Positions 1-8,159 are shown, counted from the stretch's first letter. The stretch is 32,000 bases of DNA from Acaryochloris thomasi RCC1774 (GCF_003231495.1 NZ_PQWO01000021.1:30001-62000); one strand, 5' to 3'. Notes: generated by a model not told the origin, from the letters alone. A program made the numbers and translations.

Positions 1-552
1 GGTGGTTGAGATCGCACCACTCGCCACATCAGGATTAATCGCCAATAGCGGCAGATGCCAGAAGGCCCAGACTAGACCCAGAACACAGGTGGCAACGACA
101 GGACTGCAACGTCGTTGTAGTGCGGGCAACCCAAACCCACGCCAGCCCGGTTCCTCATTTCCACCCCCAGCGACTGTGAGGAACAGGAGAGTGGGCAGAT
201 AGGCCGTCAGCCGATCCGACAAAACTGTAAAATCGAGCGAATTGCCAAGCAGTAGATAAACTAGCGAAACGATCGCGATCAGGACAATCGGATAGCCAAA
301 GGCGAAGAGATACCAGCCTGGATTCAACCGCCATTTGAAGAGGCTCATACCCCAAGCTTTCAGCGATCGACCCTGCTCTTTCAGAACAATACTCGCTGCC
401 ACTAAGGGGCCAAAGCTGCCCAATGTATAAAAAACTGTGGCTACCGTTTCATTGAATACAAGGGGAGCAATGAGCCAAGATATCCATGAGAAGAGATAGC
501 TAAATATTGAGAACCATAAGAAAGGTTTGCGGCGGATGAAACGATACGTCAA
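1..552 (-). CDS. CPBP-family intramembrane metalloprotease (CAAX-protease-like); 3' end runs off the window
   Basis: My own minus-strand translation in the frame ending at nt 1 is open from TTG at 552 (LTYRFIRRKPFLWFSIFSYLF...). It has several hydrophobic helices and the family motifs GGGNEEPGWRGF (EExxxR) and FWHLP (FxxxH). It is absent from the ORF track because no stop codon lies inside the window. The start codon is uncertain. Confidence 0.7.
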   Translation of the reverse strand, partial: MTYRFIRRKPFLWFSIFSYLFSWISWLIAPLVFNETVATVFYTLGSFGPLVAASIVLKEQGRSLKAWGMSLFKWRLNPGWYLFAFGYPIVLIAIVSLVYLLLGNSLDFTVLSDRLTAYLPTLLFLTVAGGGNEEPGWRGFGLPALQRRCSPVVATCVLGLVWAFWHLPLLAINPDVASGAISTT

Positions 553-665
553 CTTGTTTCCTATTGGTAAAGATATGCCAGATCATCAGGCTCTCAGTCC
601 TTTGCTGATCGAGGGCTATAGCTCTACGCTAAGACCAACCAATGAGGAACTTGTGAGGTTTGGAT

Positions 666-1037
666 CTAGGAATCGTGCTTAAAGTGATACAGCCGATTAG
701 AGTAGCTTCTCATCACTTCGACTGCGAACATTGGGGTATTCTCAATTGCGAACAGAAAGTGGCGTTGGTCGAGAGAGGCGAGTTTACAGTCTGTCTTTGC
801 GATCGCAGTAGATTGCCTTTTATGGTCAACATGCACCAAAGCACCTGCGCCAAATATATCGCCACTGTCAATGGTTTCTAAGACGTTACCATCGACCAAT
901 ATCTCAACTTTTCCCTCTAGAATGCCGTACATCACCTTGCCCGTTTCTCCTTCAGAGAAAATCGTATCGCCTGCAGTAAAAGCCTGAGAATCAGGCTGTT
1001 TTTGCAGAATTTCGATAGTCTCTACGGGCTTCAACAT
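666..1037 (-). CDS. Cyclic-nucleotide-binding domain protein (stand-alone cNMP-binding domain, 123 aa)
   Basis: The ORF-track translation shows a beta-roll pattern typical of CAP/PKA-type cNMP domains: GDTIFSEGE..MYGILEGKVEI....GDIFGAGAL......RQSTAIAKTDCKLASL. No DNA-binding HTH follows. Confidence 0.8.
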   Translation of the reverse strand: MLKPVETIEILQKQPDSQAFTAGDTIFSEGETGKVMYGILEGKVEILVDGNVLETIDSGDIFGAGALVHVDHKRQSTAIAKTDCKLASLDQRHFLFAIENTPMFAVEVMRSYSNRLYHFKHDS

Positions 1038-1453
1038 AGTTTCCTCGATTGAATGTCATTTCAATATCGATAGTACTGACCAACATAAGGGCAATGATCC
1101 AAGCTTTGAGTTAAGCATCGGTTAAAGAATTTTCGCCTCAAGGTGATTCTCCCAGGGATCAATGCCCAAAAATTAGATATCCAAGCCAGTCAGAACAATC
1201 TCTTCATTGCGGGGCATTTATACGAATCAAGCTAAAACCAGGATCAAAAGAATGTTCGATCTGATTTTTTTGTGGGTGAGTTTCACCAGACAATGCATAC
1301 GCTTACTAGTGCTGAAATCCGAAGAAGCTGAGCGAGATGACTATTACTGCAGTGATCCCTTCATATGATCCTCAACTTTGACCGCTATTCTCTATTGTGA
1401 AAAGCGCTATTGATTGCCACTTAATAAACCCAATTTAAGACCTGAGGTTCCCC

Positions 1454-1678
1454 ATGAATCATTGCCCGATTTGCTCAAATGACCTCCTGCGTCACATCGG
1501 CCATGGCCACATTTACTGGTTCTGTCCCCACTGTTGGCAAGAGACTCCCAATCTGGAGAGCTTTGAACCTAGGCAAGGGAAAATGCAAAGGTCTCAAACC
1601 GGCGATCGGCCATTGCGATTGCTAGAGTCTCACCTCAGTCGCAAAGCAGAGGCCCTTATTGCCCTGTCTAGCCGTTGA
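1454..1678 (+). CDS. Small zinc-ribbon-like protein (CPxC...CPxC), hypothetical
   Basis: The 74-aa ORF starts at ATG. The N-terminus MNHCPICSNDLLRHIGHGHIYWFCPHCWQE carries two CxxC pairs 18 residues apart. The rest is hydrophilic and has no recognisable family. Confidence 0.5.
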   Translation: MNHCPICSNDLLRHIGHGHIYWFCPHCWQETPNLESFEPRQGKMQRSQTGDRPLRLLESHLSRKAEALIALSSR

Positions 1679-1712
1679 ACATCTCATTCCAAAATTTACA
1701 GAGACATGAGTG

Positions 1713-1964
1713 ATGATTCCCACTTACAAGCAACCCTTAACCAAAGAGTTTGAAGACCTCCGACAAGCTACAAACCATTTAGTTGATCAGCTTGCCCGTC
1801 GTGACGAAGCATGCGAGAGTACCACACCGACATCGCAAAGCAGATGGATACCTGCGATAGAGCATACAGAAAAGGATCCTGAACTGCTTTACAAGCTGAT
1901 CAAAAAGTCAGGGTATTTTTGTACATTACGTCGTAGACAGCGCCATATTTTTCCCCAAGCCTAG
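1713..1964 (+). CDS. Hypothetical protein
   Basis: The ORF-track frame begins with GTG at 1710, immediately followed by ATG at 1713. There are no recognisable motifs. Its position directly upstream of the nitroreductase gene is compatible with co-transcription. Confidence 0.3.
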   Translation: MIPTYKQPLTKEFEDLRQATNHLVDQLARRDEACESTTPTSQSRWIPAIEHTEKDPELLYKLIKKSGYFCTLRRRQRHIFPQA

Positions 1965-1992
1965 CCTCAATATTTTGTGGAGGAAATCTCCC

Positions 1993-3087
1993 ATGCTCAA
2001 CCGAAGATTGTTTGTCCAAACAGCGGCAGCAACGACATCAGGGGCTGGGGTGGCCCAGTCCTACGCTGCTCCTGACCATAGTTATGAACAAGCGGTCAGC
2101 CAAATTTGGCGTCATATCAAACCAATCCCGACAGATGAAATGGCAATTCAGCACGAGTTGGTGCGTTATGCCACACTTGCGGCTTCTAGCCACAACACCC
2201 AATGCTGGCAATTTAAACTGGACGCTCAGTGCATTTCAATCCTGCCGGATCTTGAACGTCGCTGTCCTGCGGTTGATCCAGACGACCATCACCTCTATGC
2301 CAGCCTGGGCTGTGCCACAGAAAACCTCTTGCAAGCCGCCAACGCTTATGGGTTGCAGGGGACGGTTGAGGTCGCTATGGCTAACCAAATCTGCATCCAG
2401 ATGGAACCGACTCAGCCTTCTGTATCATCTCTCTTTGAGGCTATTCCCCTGCGGCAATCGACGCGGACGGACTATGACGGTCAACCGCTCAAGAATGAGG
2501 AGCTAAAGCAGTTAGAACAAGTGGCTACTGGAGAGGGCGTCAATTTAATCCTGTTGACTGATCAGCCATCGAAGGAACAGGTTCTAGAGCATGTGATTGA
2601 GGGCAATACAGCCCAAATGAACGATCCGGCGTTTGTTGAAGAGCTGAAAGCCTGGATTCGGTTCAACGAGAAAGAAGCAGTGCGTAAGGGGGACGGACTT
2701 TTTGCCAAGTCCTCCGGGAACCCGACCGCCCCGCATTGGCTAGGCAGCCTTATGTTTGATCGGTTTTTTACGCCCAAAGTTGAAAACGAAAAGTACACGA
2801 ATCAAATTCGCAGTTCTGCTGGGATTGCCATCTTCGTCTCCGATGAGAATACGCCATCTCATTGGATTGAGTCGGGGCGATGCTATCAGCGCTTTGCCCT
2901 GCAGGCAACTGCACTAGGGATTCGGACGGCGTTCTTGAATCAGCCGGTAGAAGTTGCGACTCTGCGGCCTCCGTTTGCCAGCTATCTTGGGATTGGAGAT
3001 CGCCGTCCTGATTTAGTCATCCGGTTTGGTCGTGGCCCAGAGATGCCGCGATCGCTCCGACGCCCTGTTGAGGCCGTCATAATTTGA
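1993..3087 (+). CDS. Nitroreductase-family (Acg-like, double-domain) FMN oxidoreductase with twin-arginine signal peptide
   Basis: ATG at 1993 is preceded by GGAGGA at 1979-1984. The N-terminus MLNRRLFVQTAAATTSGAGVAQSYA has an RR-x-F-V Tat motif, an h-region and an A-x-A-like cleavage site. The SSHNTQCWQF motif and a length of about 365 aa fit the tandem nitroreductase fold family. The track start at TTG 1975 is less likely. Confidence 0.75.
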   Translation: MLNRRLFVQTAAATTSGAGVAQSYAAPDHSYEQAVSQIWRHIKPIPTDEMAIQHELVRYATLAASSHNTQCWQFKLDAQCISILPDLERRCPAVDPDDHHLYASLGCATENLLQAANAYGLQGTVEVAMANQICIQMEPTQPSVSSLFEAIPLRQSTRTDYDGQPLKNEELKQLEQVATGEGVNLILLTDQPSKEQVLEHVIEGNTAQMNDPAFVEELKAWIRFNEKEAVRKGDGLFAKSSGNPTAPHWLGSLMFDRFFTPKVENEKYTNQIRSSAGIAIFVSDENTPSHWIESGRCYQRFALQATALGIRTAFLNQPVEVATLRPPFASYLGIGDRRPDLVIRFGRGPEMPRSLRRPVEAVII

Positions 3088-3117
3088 GCAAGGGTGGTGG
3101 TAAGACCTTTGGATGAG

Positions 3118-3408
3118 ATGAAACTACGAATGAAAGCACTTCCCTTTGATGCGATCTCATACAAGAAAACCCCCGTCTTTACTCAGGCAACCATGCCGAA
3201 AGCACTCCTCGAACGTCATTCCAGCAAAGCAGGCAGTTGGGGCAAGATTTGGGTTTTGTCAGGCCAACTTTGCTATCGGATCCTTACTGATCTGCCAGGG
3301 GACTATACGCTCACTCCAGATTTACCGGGTATCATTGAACCCCAAGTTTTCCATCACGTTGAGCCGATGGGAGCCGTTGAATTTTATGTGGAATTCTACC
3401 GTACATAA
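3118..3408 (+). CDS. DUF1971 (YeaR/TehB-N-terminal-like) domain protein
   Basis: The pattern TPVFTQATMPKALLERHSSKAGSWGKIWVLSGQL.Y......Y.L.P...GIIEPQVFHHVEP...VEFYVEFY matches the DUF1971 signature. The start is ambiguous between GTG 3094, ATG 3118 and ATG 3130. Confidence 0.7.
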   Translation: MKLRMKALPFDAISYKKTPVFTQATMPKALLERHSSKAGSWGKIWVLSGQLCYRILTDLPGDYTLTPDLPGIIEPQVFHHVEPMGAVEFYVEFYRT

Positions 3409-3477
3409 GTTATGAACCCACCATCCATCCTTGTCTATTTCGCAACTGAGAGGAGGGGCAGAGCTAGTGTTGAGCCG

Positions 3478-4536
3478 TTAGAGTCGCACCCAGTTCTTTA
3501 GGTAGGCATGTTCAAAAATCATTTCCTTTTGAATTCTGAGGTCTTGACCAAAGCCTGCCTCTGAAGCCCGCTTGAACATCGCATAGGCAATAGCAATATC
3601 AGCATAAGCAAGACCGACTGCGTTGAAGTAGATCCGCTCGTCAGGGCTGCTGCGGCCCTTTTTCTCGCTGTTTACGATGTCCCCCAGATTGGCATAAATA
3701 TCCCCATCGCTCAGTTCACCGTCTTTGTACATTCGGCTCAGCGTCTGGGTGCGGTGTTTAACTGTTTCCCAATCATCGCAGACAATTTTGTCGCACAGTT
3801 TCGCCACCCCATATTCGTCCTCCCACCCTCCGACATGGCTGTAGAATGCGCCTGCTTTGACCCATGCCGCCTTCAGCAGCGGGGCTTGGGCACTGGTGGC
3901 CGTGACAATCACATCGGCTCCTTCAATAGCCGCTTGGAGATTCATGTGGGAAGCCACCATCTCGACATCCGGCAAAATGGGCGACATTTCCTGGATGAAT
4001 TGCGTTTCTTCGTCTTCTGTCTTAGCGGCCACCTGACAGTGTTGGAGCGACGGCAGCGCTGTTTTCATGGCGACCAGATGCATTTTTGCCTGTTCGCCAG
4101 CTCCTATTAAGCCAATTATCTTGGAGTCTTGGCGTGCTAGGTACTTGGCTGCGATCGCACCCATCGTTCCCACCCTCAGGTTCGAGCAGAGGGTACCCTC
4201 CATGAACGCAATGGGGAAGCCGTGCTCGATTTCAGACAGGATAATGACAGCAGAAAGATTTTGAATGCCGTGTTTTGCAGGATTTGGCGGGAACACTGAG
4301 ACCCATTTCACCCCGCAGATCTTGTGGTTCTTGAACGTGGCTGGGAGGCAATTGATCCGCTCTTGAGTATCATCATCAAAAATCTGAACGATTTTGTCGG
4401 GGAAAATCACGTCGCCGCGATGGAATGCTTTGAGAGCGCTTTCTGTGGCCTGCATTGCCATTCGTACATCTAGGCAACCTGACGCTAGCAAATCTTCTTG
4501 GGAGAAGTACTGGCAATGAATTTGATGACTGAGCAT
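3478..4536 (-). CDS. Ornithine cyclodeaminase / mu-crystallin family NAD(P)-dependent enzyme
   Basis: The protein is 352 aa with the Rossmann motif IGLIGAGEQAKMHL in the middle. The overall layout is that of the OCD/ketimine-reductase family (N-terminal dimerisation region, VTATSA...P motif). It is transcribed divergently from the flavoenzyme genes at 4769-7576. Confidence 0.8.
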   Translation of the reverse strand: MLSHQIHCQYFSQEDLLASGCLDVRMAMQATESALKAFHRGDVIFPDKIVQIFDDDTQERINCLPATFKNHKICGVKWVSVFPPNPAKHGIQNLSAVIILSEIEHGFPIAFMEGTLCSNLRVGTMGAIAAKYLARQDSKIIGLIGAGEQAKMHLVAMKTALPSLQHCQVAAKTEDEETQFIQEMSPILPDVEMVASHMNLQAAIEGADVIVTATSAQAPLLKAAWVKAGAFYSHVGGWEDEYGVAKLCDKIVCDDWETVKHRTQTLSRMYKDGELSDGDIYANLGDIVNSEKKGRSSPDERIYFNAVGLAYADIAIAYAMFKRASEAGFGQDLRIQKEMIFEHAYLKNWVRL

Positions 4537-4768
4537 CTGGGGTTAACCTCTGCTGTTCGTTCACGTTGCGTAACGGTTAGAAATGCTGTGGCTCTTACGT
4601 TCATCCTAGAACCCGAAGGGTAGCGGTGGATACCGAACGTTTACGGATCGTTACTCGCGCAGTCCTGCAAAATTTCAATGGGGGAGGCGATGAGCGTTAG
4701 AGGGTATTTCGATTACAATGCCATTGGTTTGCTGTTTATTGAAGTTGCAATTGCCCATTTAACCACCA

Positions 4769-5065
4769 ATGTTCAAGCGCCTTGCCCCCTCCAATCCTCA
4801 GACCGTCACCGTCAAGATTGAAGGTGAAGCAGTTCAGGTGCCGCTGGGTGAAACGGTCGCCGCCGCAGTCTTGGTTCACGATCTCGGCTATACCCGCACC
4901 CACCCAATCTCAGGCGCGCCCCGCGCCCCACTCTGCATGATGGGTGTGTGCTTTGAATGCCTAATGGAAATTGATGGATTGCCCAACCGTCAAACCTGTC
5001 AGATCCAGGTGGCAGAGGGCATGGATATTCGTCGTCAGCAGGGCGTCGGTGGCGACAATGCCTAA
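4769..5065 (+). CDS. Small (2Fe-2S)-binding subunit, HcnA / opine-oxidase / sarcosine-oxidase-alpha-N-terminal type
   Basis: The protein is 98 aa. The motif CMMGVCFECLMEIDG....QTC is the cysteine pattern of this small ferredoxin-like subunit. Its stop codon overlaps the next ATG by 8 nt (ATGCCTAA, 5058-5065). Confidence 0.75.
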   Translation: MFKRLAPSNPQTVTVKIEGEAVQVPLGETVAAAVLVHDLGYTRTHPISGAPRAPLCMMGVCFECLMEIDGLPNRQTCQIQVAEGMDIRRQQGVGGDNA

Positions 5066-6458
5066 AATTCCGCTAGTGGTGATTGGTGCTGGACCAGGGG
5101 GGCTGTGTGCGGCAACTACTGCAGCTCGGCTCGGCGTTCCTGTGGTTGTCCTAGACGAGCAACCTTCCCCCGGCGGACAAGTCTATCGGGCGATCGCCCA
5201 GGCTCCAGCAGAACGAGTCGCGATGTTGGGGGCCGATTACCAACGGGGAGCTGAGTTGGTGGCAGCGTTCAACGCCAGTGGCGCTGAATATTGGCCCCAG
5301 ACCACTATTTGGTCTCTCAACTCCAAGCGAGAGATTGGCATCCTGCGTCAGGGGCAGGCCCGCCTCATTGAAGCCGAGCAGGTGATTATTGCCAACGGGG
5401 CGATGGAGCGTCCCGTGCCGTTTCCGGGCTGGACCCTGCCGGGAGTTATGAATGCGGGAGCCGCTCAACTCTTGCTGAAAATGTCTGGCGTGGTGCCTGC
5501 GAATGGAACGGTGATTGCAGGCATCGGGCCGCTCCCCCTTCTGGTGGCGTGGCAGTACCTGCGGACTGGGGTTGCGATCAAAGCCGTTTTGGACCTTGCC
5601 CCTAGCCTCAATCTATGGCGGGCCGTGCCGCATTTACCCAGGGCACTGAGAGCGGGGGATTACCTCCATCGGGGCTTGAAATATACGCTGGACCTCCAAA
5701 GGGGAGGCGTGCCCATTTACTATGGGGTATCTCACTTACGGGCTGAGGGGAACGACCGGGTTGAGGCTGTGACCTATGGTTGGAATCAGTTTGGGGTCCG
5801 GCGGAGCGAAACGCTGCCTACAGAGAGCCTTTTGGTCCATTTTGGCGTGATTCCGAGGACCAATCTCACCCGCGCTGCTGGTTGTGAGCATCATTGGGAT
5901 CGGGGACAACAGTGTTGGCGACCCCAGGTTGATCTGTGGGGTTATACCACTGTGCCGGGGCTTGCCATTGTCGGAGATAGTGCAGGCATTGGGGGCGCAC
6001 GAAGCGCTGAGTATCGTGGACGCTTGGCGGCTTTTGAAGCGGCTCGCTATTTACAGAGGATTAGTGTGCAACAGCGCGATCGCAAAGCTCAAAACGACCT
6101 CAAGGGGCTGCAAAGAGACCTGCAAGTCCGGCCCTTCCTTGAAGCGCTGCATCGTCTACCGGAGTCCCTGCTCGTTCCCGCCGATGACGATACTCTGGTC
6201 TGCCGCTGTGAAGAAATTTCAGCAGGACAAATTCGCGCCGCCGTGCGAACCGGACATCTCGATCCCAATCAGGTGAAGTTTAACCTGCGCTGCGGCATGG
6301 GACCGTGTCAGGGACGGCAGTGTGCCCCAGCGGTGGCCCACCTTGTCGCTGCCGAACAACATCGCCCTGTGTCTGACTATCAGCCTTTCCGCGTCCGCCC
6401 CCCCATCAGACCCCTCAGTCTTGCCCAACTCGCAAGTTTGGAGCGTGCAGAACAATGA
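5058..6458 (+). CDS. FAD/NAD(P)-binding oxidoreductase subunit with C-terminal BFD-like [2Fe-2S] domain (HcnB / OoxA / LhpE-like)
   Basis: ATG at 5058 gives MPKIPLVVIGAGPGGLCAA, a GxGxxG dinucleotide fold at the very N-terminus. The C-terminus CRCEEISAGQIRAAV....CGMGPCQGRQC is a BFD-like 2Fe-2S motif. The track start at 4971 would overlap the upstream gene by 95 nt and adds a non-homologous extension. Confidence 0.8.
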   Translation: MPKIPLVVIGAGPGGLCAATTAARLGVPVVVLDEQPSPGGQVYRAIAQAPAERVAMLGADYQRGAELVAAFNASGAEYWPQTTIWSLNSKREIGILRQGQARLIEAEQVIIANGAMERPVPFPGWTLPGVMNAGAAQLLLKMSGVVPANGTVIAGIGPLPLLVAWQYLRTGVAIKAVLDLAPSLNLWRAVPHLPRALRAGDYLHRGLKYTLDLQRGGVPIYYGVSHLRAEGNDRVEAVTYGWNQFGVRRSETLPTESLLVHFGVIPRTNLTRAAGCEHHWDRGQQCWRPQVDLWGYTTVPGLAIVGDSAGIGGARSAEYRGRLAAFEAARYLQRISVQQRDRKAQNDLKGLQRDLQVRPFLEALHRLPESLLVPADDDTLVCRCEEISAGQIRAAVRTGHLDPNQVKFNLRCGMGPCQGRQCAPAVAHLVAAEQHRPVSDYQPFRVRPPIRPLSLAQLASLERAEQ

Positions 6459-7576
6459 CGATGGACGCCATCATCATCGGGGGCGGACTAATCGGGTCTT
6501 CAACAGCACTCCACCTTGCACTCAAGGGTCAGCGGGTCATGGTGATTGAGAAAGATAGCCCCGGTCGCCATGCCTCCGGGGTAAATGCCGGGGGATTACG
6601 TCGCCTCAATCGCCATCCGGCAGAAATTCCCTTGGCGGTGGCGGCTGCGGAAATGTGGCGAGAGATCCGGGCGTTGGTGGGGAGTGACTGTGATGTACAG
6701 CTCAGTGGTCAGGTCAAGGTGGCCGAAAATGAGGCCGATCTGCAGAAACTTGCGGATCGGGCAGCGCTGGTTCAGTCCTTGGGGTTTGCGCATGAGCAAC
6801 TGATTGATCGCGATCGCCTTTACCAGTTGGTGCCTACTTTGGCCCCCCACTGTGTCGGAGGCCTCTACACGGAAGGGGATGGCTTTGCCCGTCCTTACCA
6901 TGCCCTCACGGCGTTTCGTCACAAGGCGCAATCTCTAGGCGTCCAGTATCAAACAGGTTGCCGAGTGACCGGGTTTGATCTGGTGGGGGACTGTTGGCGA
7001 GTGGTCACAGAGCGATCGCAAACAGAGCCAGCCAACTTTGATGCTCCTGTGCTTGTGAACTGCGCCGGAGCCTGGGCCGAAAAACTTTGCACGGACTTAG
7101 GAGAACCCGTTCCTTTGAGGGTCGGTGCTCCCATGATGATGGTGACAGAGCGTTTGCCCCATTTCCTTGACCCAGTAGTGGGTGCAGCATCCCGCAAGCT
7201 GTCGTTTAAGCAAATGCAGAACGGCACGGTGTTAATTGGTGGTGCTCATCTCGCCGACCATGACTGGGAGCAAGAGACGACCGCCATTGATTTCACCAAG
7301 CTCAGTGAAAGCAGTCATACAGCCCTGGACTTATTTCCCCGAATGGCTGATGTGAGAATTGTCAGAATCTGGGCAGGACTGGAGGCGTTTATGCCCGACC
7401 AGATTCCGGTCATTGGTCCCAGTGCCAAAGCCCCTAACGTTTATCATGCGTTTGGTTTCTCTGCCCACGGTTTCCAGTTATCGCCTGTTGTGGGGCGCAT
7501 TCTGTCGGAACTGATTTTAGAGGATAAGAGTTCCCTTGCAATTGAACCCTTTTCGATTAAGCGGTTTCAGCCGTGA
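6455..7576 (+). CDS. FAD-dependent oxidoreductase, DAO family (HcnC / OoxB / sarcosine-oxidase-beta / LhpB-like)
   Basis: The N-terminus is MDAIIIGGGLIGSSTALHLALKGQRVMVIEK...ASGVNAGGLR, and the C-terminus HAFGFSAHGFQLSPVVG is typical of the D-amino-acid-oxidase family. The ATGA start/stop overlap at 6455-6458 indicates translational coupling with the preceding gene. Confidence 0.8.
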   Translation: MTMDAIIIGGGLIGSSTALHLALKGQRVMVIEKDSPGRHASGVNAGGLRRLNRHPAEIPLAVAAAEMWREIRALVGSDCDVQLSGQVKVAENEADLQKLADRAALVQSLGFAHEQLIDRDRLYQLVPTLAPHCVGGLYTEGDGFARPYHALTAFRHKAQSLGVQYQTGCRVTGFDLVGDCWRVVTERSQTEPANFDAPVLVNCAGAWAEKLCTDLGEPVPLRVGAPMMMVTERLPHFLDPVVGAASRKLSFKQMQNGTVLIGGAHLADHDWEQETTAIDFTKLSESSHTALDLFPRMADVRIVRIWAGLEAFMPDQIPVIGPSAKAPNVYHAFGFSAHGFQLSPVVGRILSELILEDKSSLAIEPFSIKRFQP

Positions 7577-7620
7577 CCTTAGCATGCAGAGACTCAATCG
7601 TGAACGATAAAGTGCTTACT

Positions 7621-8159
7621 TTACTCTTCTTGCCAGAGTTCGGGCTTCTTGAGTGCATCGGCGCACATGAGCGTTCCTGAAAACGAGCCAATCACATTGG
7701 GACGAAGCGCTTGAACCATCCATGCCTCTGCATTCTCAGCCGCAATAGGATAGGGTGGTTCAAATCCGACAGGCTGCGCGGGTTTGAAGCCGTGGCGTGG
7801 ATAGTAGCCTGGATGTCCTAGCACGAAGACTAGATCTATTCCTGATTTTGCTAAAAGCCGAAGTCCTCTGGCAATGAGCTGAAAGCCAATGCGTTGTTTC
7901 TGAGCATCCGGTATAACTGCCAGGGGGCTAGAAGCGCTATCTTCGGCGCGTTTTGAGTTGTAGTCAAATGGGTTGTGGTGAACAAAATGTGCCCTACAGC
8001 ACGATCATCTTCAACGGCTAACAACGATAAGATAGGCTATGCACTCGGGTCGTTTAGAAGGTTCCTCACCAGCTCAGCCTCTTCGTCACCACCAAATGCG
8101 GCACGCTCTACTGATAGCACGTCTGCAAGATCTGAAAGTGACGCCTCTCGTCTATTCAT
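7621..8159 (-). pseudogene. GNAT-family N-acetyltransferase (YhbS-like), disrupted by an in-frame TAG and a 1-nt frameshift
   Basis: My own translation from ATG 8159 reads MNRREASLSDLADVLSVERAAFGGDEEAELVRNLLNDPSA, then TAG (8039-8037), then PILSLLAVEDDRAVGHILFTTTHLTTTQNAPKIALLAP. The continuation LAVIPDAQKQRIGFQLIARGLRLLAKSGIDLVFVLGHPGYYPRHGF...LWQEE* lies in the adjacent frame. Adding one C to the C5 run (G5 on plus, 7923-7927) restores a 179-aa GNAT protein. The ORF track reports only the last 67 aa (7621-7824). Confidence 0.7.

Noticed and set aside
2012-2506. Nested or antisense track ORFs inside long genes (e.g. 2012-2506, 3754-4110, 5151-5468, 10890-11264, 11547-11909, 17274-17615, 18612-18914, 28255-28524)
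   Set aside because: Each lies wholly within a longer ORF that has strong family motifs. Their translations are Arg/Ser/Pro-rich, as is typical of off-frame reading of GC-moderate coding DNA.
4639-4656. GTTTACGGATCGTTACTC, an HLR1/RpaB-like direct repeat (TTAC cores 10 nt apart) in the OCD/flavoenzyme divergent region
   Set aside because: Only the TTAC cores match the (G/T)TTACA(T/A)(T/A) consensus, and the flanking positions disagree. This is insufficient to call.
4971-5057. Upstream extension of the HcnB-like ORF (track start at 4971)
   Set aside because: It would overlap the 2Fe-2S subunit gene by 95 nt. ATG 5058 places the GxGxxG fold at the N-terminus and gives a typical 8-nt coupling overlap.
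7757-7767. GGTTCAAATCC, which resembles a tRNA T-arm/loop
   Set aside because: The flanking bases do not form a T-stem, acceptor stem or anticodon arm. The site lies inside the GNAT reading frame. No tRNA is supported anywhere in the window.
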